DNA from: Welwitschia mirabilis
Taxonomy: Eukaryota
Assembly (NCBI GenBank): GCA_051453625.1
Contig: JBOZIK010000001.1
Span: 30,727,310 to 30,788,312, forward strand
DNA: 61,003 nucleotides
Direction: 5' to 3'
Made by a program: the position numbers and the translations under genes. The notes under the pieces were generated by a model. It worked only from the letters and a program-made list of their open reading frames with translations. It was not told the origin of the DNA and made no database searches. Below are positions 14,480 through 26,453 of the stretch, piece after piece; within the stretch, counting starts at the first letter, position 1; every line of letters starts with the position of its first letter.

Positions 14480-15527
14480 TATTATGATGTGTATTTGTGT
14501 AAGCTTTTACATTTAAAGAGATCCTATCATTTATAACTAAAATAAATATCTTACATAATACATCACACTATTATAGTGGGATTTAATCTAAAATGTCGTA
14601 TTCATGTTAAAGTCTATGAGTATGAGACTCAAGTTCCTTTGTAAATGAATAGGAAATAGAAATAAATAACAATACAAGGAAATAAAAATACAATGCAAGA
14701 TGTAAAATGCAATCTAAACTAACATGCAATATAAAAATAACCCTAACTCTACTCGCTTGATGATCTATGTCACCCAAGAGATTATCACCAGATTAAGGGA
14801 AATCATAAATCATAAAGATAATCAGGAAACCTAAGATGCAAACATAAAAAGAGAACCAAGTTTTATATTAAAAGGGTAATAGCATCTAGGTTATAAAATA
14901 GCCAGGTCTTAATGGAGGTTACACAGCACTCCACCAAGTGCATCTCTTTTTGCAGCACATATAAATGGATCTTCTACCCTTCAATTTCCTATCACAAGAA
15001 TGTCTGGTGCAATAAAGATGAGAAGGAGAGTAGAAGAAAGACTTATTTATAAGAAAATACAGCAGAAAATAATAAATGGTAGGTATAGAAAGGCACACTC
15101 ATTTACAACTTAGAAATAGATGAAACGGTTAAGGGTAGCTGTCAGAGTCAGTTACATCTTAGTGTCATTCGGGATATTATCCAGATGATAGTGGGAATGA
15201 TAGTATATTATAAAATATTTTCAAAATGATGATTCAGCAGTCCACATTAGTAGTCATAATCCTACCTATTATGGGGACGACGAAGGAATGATAGTCTTCT
15301 TTGATTATTTCTTTAAAGATAACTTAGCATTTTTGTCATAAATCCTTCTTCAAAGCTATGTGTATCAGAAAGTGCCTTTAATACATTAAATTTGGATAAT
15401 AATTGCACTTTTTCGAGATTTCTTCTTGTATCTCCAAAATCCTCAAAATTACACTTAAACCTATATAAAAGTCCTACAAAATAACTCATAGAATATTATT
15501 AAATAACTATAAATTGGTAGTGCAACA
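14480..15527 (-). repeat. 5' LTR of element A
   Basis: Direct repeat of 5886-6954. Ends TGCAACA and is followed by the TSD CTCAT. Confidence 0.92.
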
Positions 15528-16029
15528 CTCATAAGGTGGTCTTTACACCTCATCTAGAATCCAAGAGTCCTCTCTATAATAATAGAAATTTTGTATCATG
15601 TTCTAAATATTCTTTTTACTACTTCATGGTAGAACCATGTTTTATATTGAGATCTCTAATTTTTCAAGGCTTGTTCCTTTTCTTTAGAGTTTATAATATG
15701 TTTTTATTATTAAGATATCTCAAAAATCTAAGATGTCTTACTAGAGAAATCTTAAAAAAAGAAATCTAGAAAATTACCTAAGAGAGACATTTTTTACTTG
15801 CCCAATTAGGAAATTCCTAATCTCCAAGTTCCTCCATAGCTTCCCATATGTTTTCTTGTCTTGTGATTTTGATATCTCATCACCAAGTAGTTTAAGAATA
15901 TCTTGTATCACCATGCCTTTGTTATGTCTTTTGTACTCTCTTGAGTCCTTATTATTTTCATGTCTATGCTTTACTTCTCTGATTAAAAAACATTTGAATT
16001 TATTTAAAGTACTTTGTGAGGCATTTTGT

Positions 16030-17386
16030 ATTAGAAGTATTGATTTTGCTTTTGGTACTTAAACTTTTCTTAGTTTAACCTGCATAAAGTATTATACCAT
16101 TCTACTAGACCTTTTGGCTTTGTTAGTATAGTATCTATTTTGTACTTTATTAGATACCTATGCTGATAATGACCTTTATTATAATAATAATAGCAAATAA
16201 TATTATTTGTAAATGTCCAATGTTCATACCTTAGCTTGTAGTTTCATTTGTCATATGTTCCAACCCACTCTTATTATTTGGATTTCTCCTTTATCTAGCA
16301 TGATATTCAAAGTCTCTTTGCCTTGTGTAAATCTTTCAATGATTTTCTTTGAATCTATAAGCTCCTATCTCATATTCTACTTTTGTAATATCAAGAAAAG
16401 AAGCATTATTAGAAGACTTACCTTTTGACTTACCTTTGACTAAAAAACTAGATGGTTTTGTAAAGTTCTTCTTTTTGTTGTATTTATATGTAAGGAGTCT
16501 CTGTACTCTTGTTGTAATGAAAGTAAGTTCTTCATTTTCATCATTAGAGTCATCTTCTTCCTATTCTTCCTTTACCTTTTCTTTTAATCTTTCATTTGTG
16601 CTTTGGTTTGCCTTAAGTGTAATAGATTTTTCTTTTAACACTCCATCTTGTATGAGATTCATTTCATATGCTATCAGAGCACTCTATAGCTCGTCTATCT
16701 TCATTGTGTTGAAATCTCTATATTATTTTATAATTGTGGTCTTAATCGTATATTTAGAGGTTAGTGATCTAACATTTTTTTGTATTACCTTTACTTCTAA
16801 AAGATCTTCTCTAATGCCACATATTGCATTCATGATGTTTAAAACTCTGTAAATTACTCATGGATCATTTCTCCATTATTTATCTTGAGATTCTTGAATT
16901 TATTTATTCAAACTAAAAGCGTATATTATTTTATAACAAACATGCCTTCATATGTTCCAATAGAACATTTCAAATTTCTTGTGTTATATTGTAACCTGCT
17001 ATTATATTAAACTCTTTTATAGATAAAGAAAAATAAAGTGCATTATTAGCTTTAGAGTCATACATGAAAGTATCTTTTTCTTTATTTGTCTATCTTTCCT
17101 TTCTTAATTTGAGTAATGGTATGGCTTACAGCATTTGCAATAGTCTCCATAGGATTTGTGTAGCCTTTTCTATGCTCTTCCATAACTGAAACTCAAAATA
17201 TTGTAACTATAGTTGCAATAGTCTCCATAGGATTTGCAATAGTCTCCATAGGATTTGTGTAGCCTTTTCTATGCTCTTTCATAACTGAAACTTAAAATAT
17301 TGTAACTATAGTTGCATTCTCATCTTCTAATAGGCATAGTTTATCCCATCAAAGAGTAAAGGCCTAATAGATGGCATGCCTTCCAT
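16030..17386 (-). pseudogene. Degenerate Copia (SIRE-type) gag of element B
   Basis: The minus strand from 17386 reads MEGMPSIRPLLFDGINYAY*KM, a Copia gag N-terminal RPPLFDG.NY..WK motif. Its end is homologous to element C 34380-34790, including a decayed WVPK motif. No protease or RT was seen downstream. Confidence 0.8.
17135..17316. repeat. Compound tandem duplication (78 bp + 21 bp partial + 78 bp) in B gag
   Basis: TTGCAATAGTCTCCATAGGAT occurs at 17135, 17213 and 17234. The two long units are nearly identical. Confidence 0.9.
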
Positions 17387-17438
17387 TGTTCACTTAAGGA
17401 AGTTACTCCTTTTCATAAGTACCCACTCTCATACTACA

Positions 17439-18903
17439 TAAGGATCATTAACCTCAAAGGGGAGGGCTGAATGAGTTTATCCAAATAAAATTTTAAGTTA
17501 AAATACTAAATGGAAATGCCTAATAAAAACACCTTACTAAATAACATGGTTCTCCAAACTGGGTTTGTCTACATATGAGGGATAGCTTCTACTCACACTT
17601 TCAGATAATCTTGACTTACAAGAAAATAGTGATTTTTTGACATGCCACCAATCTTATAACAAATGAGAGTCTCCTCTTAAGATAGCACTCTCTTCCCCTT
17701 AAGTGAATAGTGGTTTTCATAGGTACATCATAAACCTTTATAATAATGAAAGTCTTCTCACAAAGTAGCATTCTCTTCCTCATAAGAAAATAATGGTTTC
17801 CTAGCTTACCAATAACCTTACATCAAACAAGTGCATAAAAGAATAATTTTAAATAAACATCCCTACCATGTTTGCCTTACAAAGTATTTGATATTCAATA
17901 ATGGACTTATAATAATATTCAATACTATCATAATCTGTAATATAAATCATAAGAACAAAACAATAACAAGACTAAAGATATTGTAGATTTGAGCTTCTTG
18001 ATGATGTTGTTATCATTACAAGTATGAATGAACATAATAGCAATGTAGATACAAGATCAAAGATGAAAGTAATAAAAGCTCCTTTCTAATGATGCCTTGA
18101 TTCTTCATGAGAATTTCCTTTCACTTGTGCATTCATTATTCTTAATCTAATCATTGTCTACCAATATTTAAAGCTAATTATTAATTATAGTTCTAAAAAG
18201 GCCTTCTTTGTTTTATGATGTTAAGGCTTTATATAGTTGACAAAGATCTAGCTACTTGAGCTCAAAAGTTAACCGTTTGACATTATAATTACTACACAAT
18301 GGAGAGGAAATGTCTATGCATCAAGTGTGTAACTTTAAGTTTAATCTATGTGAACTTTAGTCCAAGATGTCTTCACTTTTTTAGATGTCTATTAATAGTT
18401 AGACATCTTTACCTTATAGATGTCTTTAGTCAACTTGCTCAGATTTTGATATATTTTTCTCTGTAGTATCCTTAGGCCCCATAATCATGAATCTATGATG
18501 TACAAGTTTATAGCTCACCTAAAATTCAAAATGTTAGTCAAAAATAAAAGTGACTCTATTACTTATTTTAATTCAGTAATAATGTCTTTAAATATATAAA
18601 TATCTTCATCTATGATAGGTTTAATTTTTAGCTTAGTTATCTTTTAGCTTATGACTTGCTTTTAGTACATCCAAGATGTCTTCAACTTCTTATACATCTT
18701 TACTCAAGACATCTTCAATCTTCTAGACATCTTCAAACAATTGATCTTATAGTTTTAGCATTTGATCCTTTTCATGAGATGTTATCTCTAAAGATCCATC
18801 ATGATCTAGTATTTATCAAGGTCTGATGTTCTTATAATGACCTATCTACATAATGACACAAAATATTTGATAAGTGAAATCATCAAAACTAGATTTTCCA
18901 ACA
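17439..18903 (-). repeat. 5' LTR of element B
   Basis: Direct repeat of 4121-5556. Ends TTCCAACA before the TSD TGTAT. The PBS relic is adjacent on the left. Confidence 0.88.
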
Positions 18904-18908
18904 TGTAT

Positions 18909-21147
18909 AAAGAAGATTTCATATGTTGAAGATAATTACTTATGATTTACTTAGTTTTGAAAAAATTTTAGGGTTAAAAATTGTAGATTATCTTCAAAGA
19001 AAGCCAAATGAAATAGTCCATTTTTATGATAAAACTCCATGCTAGATTTGAAATGGATTTTCTTAAAAAGATTTTTATTATAAATCTAGAAAAGATTTAT
19101 AATTGATTAAGACCTACTTAGAATATAAAAGATCAGTAAATGATGATTTCAGAAGGAGCCCGATGCTTAAAAAATTCAAGAGATGCAAGGCAAAGATATC
19201 AAAAAACATTGATAGTGAGCTATGTAGAACGGATGATAGCATTAATGAGATCTATTAACTACACTAGTTTCTTGTCTTAAAAAGCTTTGTGAAAAAAAAT
19301 GATGTTATGTTTTTGGATATATAAATTGGTTTCCATAATAGGTCATAAAACATAAGTGACAAAAAATGAAATGGTAGTATGAAATAAAAGCCATATAAAA
19401 TCCTACAAAAATAATATTATAAAAACTAAAATAAAAATAAAAAAAAATCAAATCTAATGCATGTAGCAAAAAAGACAAAATAAATTATATTTGAAAATGC
19501 AAAAAAAGAAAGAGAGTTCTTATACTTTTTCATTGTTCTTAATTTCCCTGACTTTTTCAATTTTCATTACTTTATCCTTAGTTCAAAAGAAATCAACTAG
19601 TAAAAAGCTATAAAAACTAGTTATCTATGTATACAAAAATTGATATAACACTAATATTTAAAATTAAAGCTAAAAAATTCAAGGAAAACATTACAAGAAC
19701 TAGAAACTAAAACAAGTTAGGATATCACTAAAAGCGAGCCAATACCACAAACTAGAGAGGAAAGAAAATGAAAAACACTAAATATAAATGCAAGAATATG
19801 TAAAACTATGCATGTCATCCCTATCAATGATGCCAAAATTCTTATTTGTAATTAATATTTTACAAATAAAAATTAGATCCTTCATTGTAGATAGGTTATA
19901 ATGTCATTTTCTCCTCATAGATAATTATGATAGAAAATCATAAACCAAGAAAAAACCAAACTCAAATAGAAGGGATTTTAATAAAACAAAAATAAAATAA
20001 AAGAAATATGTAAAAAGATTAAAGATTAAAGTAGGAATGATCATAGGTTTCAGAATGGATATAACAATGATGATGATAGTTCTTACAATGTAAATAAGTT
20101 TCCTCTATTATAAAACTAGAAATATTAAGCTTCATAGATGCTCAAGCATGGTAACATAATCTCATTTATTATATGAGTATTTGTAAAGACCTTAAATCAT
20201 CTTAGCTTTTATAGCATATCTTTATAAGCATGAAAAGTAGGATGCAATTCCTAAACACCATTAAACATTAATATAAACTATGGAATCAGATGTAAACATG
20301 AAGAAATCACTCAAAAATTATATAAAGCTCAAGATATTTTAGTACAACAAGAAGCATAATAAGTATGTAAAACATCCACCCTTATTATCAAAAAGATTGT
20401 ACTTAAGATTAACTACTATTTCTTTCAATTTATCAAAAGCATTAAAAGTATGTTACTAGCCACATTAAAAATCAAGAGACTAAATGAAAGAATAATAATA
20501 TTTTATTGATAAAATAGAATAAAGCTATAATACATAAACAAAAAACATTAAGCCACAACAAAAATGTGATGCTAGAATCAAGGAAAATCCTATCATAAAT
20601 GAAACATTTATAAGACAGACATTGAAAGCATCAACCTCAGCATGGGGTACAATAGGATTGGTTCCTTTTCAAGCATTAAAGATTTTATAAAGTAGGGCAT
20701 TTGGCCCTTTTTATAGAGAATCTTAGACTTGAAATGATTTGTTCTTTTGTCTCAAAAGAAGTGGTTAATATTCTTCATCTTAAAGTATTTGATAATGTAG
20801 TTGGGATTTTGTCTCATAGGATTTAATATCTTTTACCATAAATAACATGGATTATCATGATGAGTTTAAAACATGGGCTTTAAAGTAAGATTCCTCCACC
20901 AACTAATACCACCATTACATTTCTTTAATGCTACCAACATTTTCTGAAAAATTAAGTTAATCTTTATACCTATGCTACAAAACATAACTAAAGTTCTAAA
21001 AACATTATGAAAAAGGCATAAAATCAAGTATGCCATAAAAAACAATATAAGACAAGTTTTTATATTAAAACAATTAGATTAATATATTTATCTATAATAA
21101 ATTATTTTAAAATACTTGATACAAATGTTAACTTTTAGATGTTAACA
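18909..21147 (-). mobile_element. Athila-like relic (element F): 5' LTR (~19843-21147), PBS and leader
   Basis: Sense TGGCATCATTGATAGGGA at 19818-19835 resembles the Asp-type PBS. Putative LTR start TGTTAACA at 21147. The leader resembles 41370-41410 in reverse complement. Confidence 0.5.
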
Positions 21148-22479
21148 AGAACTAACTTGTCTTATCCATGCTAGTTTCTATTATAATTAATTATACACCA
21201 ATATCTATAGAAAAAGAATGTAATTAAATTTATAAAGTTTGTAAATGCATATGTAATTTAAACTAGTTACTAAAAATCTAACCTAAAGTAAGGTAGGAGA
21301 TTAAGAAAGTTTTAATCTGATTCTTCTTCTACTTGAAATATTTTTTGAAATTATTTTTTTGCCATAGTAAAGATCTAAAGTACATCTATTAAAGATATAA
21401 GCTTAGAGTTATTATGATCAAATTGCTCTTTTAAGAAATCAAAATCCTTATGACTATCCTACACCTATCAAGCTAATTTCTTTAAAATATCTTCCTATAT
21501 TTAAAGGTAGAACTAATAATCAAGTTCTAATTACTCTTTGTACTTTAATTGGTTTTTTAACGTATTAATTTCTAAGTCCTTAGCCTTTAAATTATTTTAT
21601 AGTGTCATACATTCTAAAGAGATGATGTGGAGATCTGACTTTTTTTATTCTAAAGTTTATAATTATTTCTTGATAACCTTGTTTACATCTTACTCTTTAA
21701 TAATCCTTTTCATGATGTCTAGTTTAATGAGCATTAACACCTTGTGTAGAGTATCAAAATCATCAAGGAACTCTCATAAATCATTAAGCCTCTGTCTTTC
21801 ATCTTTGTATAAAATTTATTTAAGACCTTCATCCCTTTTATGTTTGCTTTGAAATGTAAGCATGTTGAGTCCCTTGGTAAATAACTTGGATCCTTGAGCA
21901 CTGATCTCTACTAGCTTTTTTTTTAATCTTAGAGATATCTAGATGAGGGAAAAAATATGTAAAAGAAGAAATTTTCAAAGAATTCATTAGTTTTTCTTAA
22001 GATGTTATCAGTGTTGGACTCCACCTTATTTCCTTTAAACTTCCTTTTAAAAAATCAAAAAATTAATATTTAGGCCTTTCTATTAGGATCCTATGATAGG
22101 AATGGAATTATTTACTAAAGATCATTAGGTCCTATTAGTTAATGTGGTTTTGCTCAAGTAATATTCTTAAATGAAGGGGTTAATTCTTAGATTAGGATTT
22201 AATAAGTCCACTTTAAAAGAGTTATAATATTTTAAGACATTAAGATATGGATAGAAAGCTAGTTCTAAGACTTTGAGGCCATGAGATAGATCTAAATTTA
22301 TCATAGTCTATTTTTTGTTCTCTATCCCTCTAAATTATCATAATGCCTAAAATATATGTTGTTGTTTTTGTGCTTATGATGGATGAAGTAAGCCTTAAGT
22401 AGTTTGATTATATTAGATAGGTTGTATATGTGACTAAGATAATAAGGGTAATCCAATCATTTAGCCATTTTTAAATATG

Positions 22480-22535
22480 TATCTGTCATGATTGTGATAC
22501 TATAGAATATCTGTCATGATTGTGTCACTATAGAA
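22480..22535. repeat. 28-bp tandem duplication
   Basis: TATCTGTCATGATTGTG..ACTATAGAA occurs twice. Confidence 0.85.
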
Positions 22536-23096
22536 CTAATCTCAAATATAAGATGACTAGGATAATGTCATCTACTTCTTGATCATTATAAATTTATTTA
22601 GAGATTTAGCTATAATTAAGAAACTTTAAACATATAGAGATATGGAATGATGAACTTGTATAGCACCTTACAAGGTATCTTAGCCTTAACACTATGAATT
22701 ATAGTTAAATTTATATGAAAATATACATAACCATAAAACTAATCACTCTCTATTGTATTTATTATTTCTAGATCTAATTCTAGTAGCAAAGTATTAAAAA
22801 TAAACAAATATAAATGTGAGTAAAGAATACTTAGGATTAGCTCATTTAGCTATAAATTAAATAAATCCCTAGTATAAACTATGATAAAAAAATTCTCTTT
22901 ACTCTTACTCTAATTAAGCACTTTTTTTTCCTTCTTACTTTCTTCCTTAATATTTTTACCTAATAGATACAATGGAACCTAGGAATAAATTCTACTTTAT
23001 TAGAATTTCTATATTTGAAGAAATTCAAATCATATTAATAGTATATATTTACCTATAATTAATTTCTAGGTTATTTTGGATTACAAATAATAGCAA

Positions 23097-25573
23097 TGTC
23101 ATAAGTTTGTATCCTCCATTTCTTTCTAGTTTTTCATCATATAAAAGATATCTTATGTATATTTGAGGAGATTTAAACTGGTTGTCAACATACATGGATA
23201 AATTTTAAGTATAATACCTAACCCATATAATGGAAGGTTGCAACTCCAATGAATGGCATTACAATTTGATATCTGACCCCCCTTTTGAACATGAGTTGGT
23301 TCTACTTTAGGTTTTAAACCATACAAACATGGCTTATCTCAACTCCATAGACTTTCACTTCACCTCAATATACCTCCAATACAAGTGATAGATGGTACAT
23401 GAGGTGGATGTATGCTTATAAATAGCCCTTTCTTCCTTGAAGAATCTCTGAATGATGTAACATGATCCATTGATATCAAGGGCTTGAGGTATTAAGTTGG
23501 AATAATTTCATACATGGGTAGGACATTAGAATGGTTATGAAATCCACTTCCACAAGGGTATTATAATAAAAATTCAATGCAACCCACTTTGGTAAAAAAA
23601 ATCTAAGTATGGGAATGGACATTATTAGAATTTTCTTGATTTAGGATATTCAATTAATACACATAAAAATGCATGAAAATAATTCTAACTAATGTGGATA
23701 TGTAATGAATTATTTACCTAGTTCTACTAATTCTAATCATCATTTAGTTCATTTTATATAATTCATTTTATAGAAACAACCATAAAAAAAAGCAAGCATA
23801 CAAAGACATTTCTATTTTCAAGGTTATAATAATAGAACCTAGATAAAGGAAATAATCTTTTCTTTTCTATCTACATAAAGGAAATATCCTTTTCTTTTTC
23901 TTTTAATAATTAAAAAATATTCAAAATGTATTAGATAACATCTTCATAATGTACTTAAAGAAACTAAAACATATCTAAAGCTAAGCCAATCTTAGAATTA
24001 TTCTTCCATGCTCATATGACAATCTCCATGGATTGGTGCAAAGAAGATAAAAAAAAGAAAGTATAGCTCAAGCATAATTGTTAAGATATAAGCACTGATT
24101 CAAGATTTCATATGATTATATTATAATTTAATAAAAATAAGTGATGAGCTAGAGACTACATATGTTATTTAAACTAAAAAGTTGAAAGCTCTTATATTCA
24201 TGCACATTCAAAGTAAGTTAAAGAAAAATGGTAAAAGAGGTATTTCTAAAAATAAATATCACATATAAGTAATTAAACATAAATTTAATGATAGAAAAAT
24301 ATTTTGTATATTTAATTTCCCTATTAAATTTTGTGTAATAATTTTTTTTATAACTATCAAAATTAATTATAACATTTTTGAGCTCTAAGAAGACATTATA
24401 GTTAAAAATTAATAATTAATTAATTGTGAATTAAAAATTAAATTATAGTAGTTTTCCAGAAACTAACACCTAATAGGTTCCTCAAAACTAACTTAAACTA
24501 TCTTGGAATAATAAAAATATTATTGTTGACATTATCATTTAAGGCTAAAACCTATCAAATTTTCTAAAATTATAGTCCTACTACACTACACAAAAATAAT
24601 CATAACTTTTAAATACTTTGAGTTTTTAGGTTATTTAAGATGTTTTGAAATAACTATTAAATTTCCTATAACTTAAGATGCTCAAATTTGCAAATATGTT
24701 TATAGATATGTACAAAAACATAAATTACTTGCTTACTTTTTTTTTATATCTATCTTTCAATGTATTTAAACAAATATTTTTTTAGAAATAATTACTCATT
24801 ATGAAAATTACTATTTGTACATTTTCACATTTATGACACAATCATAGACTTAAGAAAATAATTTATACCTACTAATTAATAAGATATGATGTTTTTATCT
24901 TATGCCTCTATCCTAGAAATTTAATTTTTACTATATTAAGGATATGATAAAGTTTCTACAACTACTTAAGTAATAACTTAGGGCAAAAAAATAATGGATG
25001 CATTAACTAATTAGTTACACCAATATAAATCAATTATAAATGAGAAAAAATTATTATAAGAAGAAAAATCAAATCAATTTAAAAATAAATTAGTATAAGC
25101 CTTTAAATTTTCCATGGAAGAGTACTAGACTAAAGATAATTTTAAGGATTAAAATTTTCATTTAATAAGATGGTTCTAATGCATAATAGATAAAAATAAA
25201 TATAATACTAAAATAAACATGGGTATCCAAATTTCTTTTTCTTTTTATAGTGTATTCCTTGGTCACTTGACCATAATCATCCATTAGTAATCCTCCATCA
25301 CCAAGTACCATAGACCCCTTATATCTCACTATAATGTCTTGGTGGAAGCCAATGGAAGGAAATAATATTTTATAACATAATTGCATAAAAGCCATAAATA
25401 ATTTCCTAATAAAATATTACTTTATTCTAACAGAAAGAGAAATTATATGAACAATATAAGTAAAGTGCTTACTTAGGAAGATTAGTAAGACCTTGATAGT
25501 TGAAGATTGATAAAGATCCAAGATCAAGAATTCCTTACTATAAGCTTTCAAGCTATAAGATCCACAACAAGAG

Positions 25574-25608
<35 letters not shown>

Positions 25609-26453
25609 NNNNNNNNNNNNNNNNNNNNNNNNNNNNNNNNNNNNNNNNNNNNNNNNNNNNNNNNNNNNNNNNNNNNNNNNNNNNNNNNNNNNNNNNNNNN
25701 NNNNNNNNNNNNNNNNNNNNNNNNNNNNNNNNNNNNNNNNNNNNNNNNNNNNNNNNNNNNNNNNNNNNNNNNNNNNNNNNNNNNNNNNNNNNNNNNNNNN
25801 NNNNNNNNNNNNNNNNNNNNNNNNNNNNNNNNNNNNNNNNNNNNNNNNNNNNNNNNNNNNNNNNNNNNNNNNNNNNNNNNNNNNNNNNNNNNNNNNNNNN
25901 NNNNNNNNNNNNNNNNNNNNNNNNNNNNNNNNNNNNNNNNNNNNNNNNNNNNNNNNNNNNNNNNNNNNNNNNNNNNNNNNNNNNNNNNNNNNNNNNNNNN
26001 NNNNNNNNNNNNNNNNNNNNNNNNNNNNNNNNNNNNNNNNNNNNNNNNNNNNNNNNNNNNNNNNNNNNNNNNNNNNNNNNNNNNNNNNNNNNNNNNNNNN
26101 NNNNNNNNNNNNNNNNNNNNNNNNNNNNNNNNNNNNNNNNNNNNNNNNNNNNNNNNNNNNNNTACAATGTAAAATATATTATTATGTCCTTTTAAATTTT
26201 TAACTTATTAGATTTATCATGTGATTTTAATTCCTCACATAATGAGATTATCTAATTTTAAATATTTGCATAGCTTTTCTTATAAAAACCTTTTAACATA
26301 ATTTTTATCATTTTCATGGTAAATTATAAAGATTACAAGCTAAGGTTAATGTAAAATGACATCTTATTTAATAATAATAATTAATCATTTGACTGAAAGC
26401 TTAATATATTTAATATTTAAGCAAATAAGGTTTACAAGATATGGGATATGACA
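23097..26453 (-). mobile_element. Large LTR-like repeat (element I, probable solo LTR, possibly Tekay/Del-type)
   Basis: Termini TGTCATA...TATGACA are inverted repeats. Colinear homology to 46198-49844 (e.g. 23200-23750 vs 46310-46850). Contains (GA)n and an N-gap. No clean TSD. Strand and family are inferred. Confidence 0.55.
25578..25608. repeat. (GA)n microsatellite running into an assembly gap
   Basis: Directly visible, truncated by Ns at 25609. Confidence 0.95.

Larger units (their letters stand above)
5886..15527 (-). mobile_element. Athila-like Ty3/Gypsy non-autonomous element (element A), gag-protease only, nested in B
   Basis: LTRs at 5886-6954 and 14480-15527. TSD CTCAT at 5881-5885 and 15528-15532. 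PPT at 6955-6968, tRNA-Asp-type PBS relic at 14459-14476, and gag and aspartic protease relics. Confidence 0.9.
4121..18903 (-). mobile_element. Internally deleted SIRE-like Ty1/Copia LTR retrotransposon (element B), interrupted by element A
   Basis: Direct repeats at 4121-5556 and 17439-18903. TGTAT flanks both ends (4116-4120, 18904-18908). Met-type PBS relic at ~17425-17436, PPT (sense AAAAGGGGAAGAT) at ~5557-5570, and a gag relic. Confidence 0.9.

Noticed and set aside
16436..16852. 138-aa hydrophobic ORF that looks like a membrane or env protein
   Set aside because: It is antisense to B's gag. The hydrophobicity comes from the T-rich strand.
21150..23096. Possible missing half of H's 3' LTR, or a host gene
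   Set aside because: There is no visible similarity to 30532-31480 and no recognisable protein motif, so I left it unassigned.
25500..26195. Long ORFs of 204-231 aa
   Set aside because: They consist of N-gap and (GA)n translation only.
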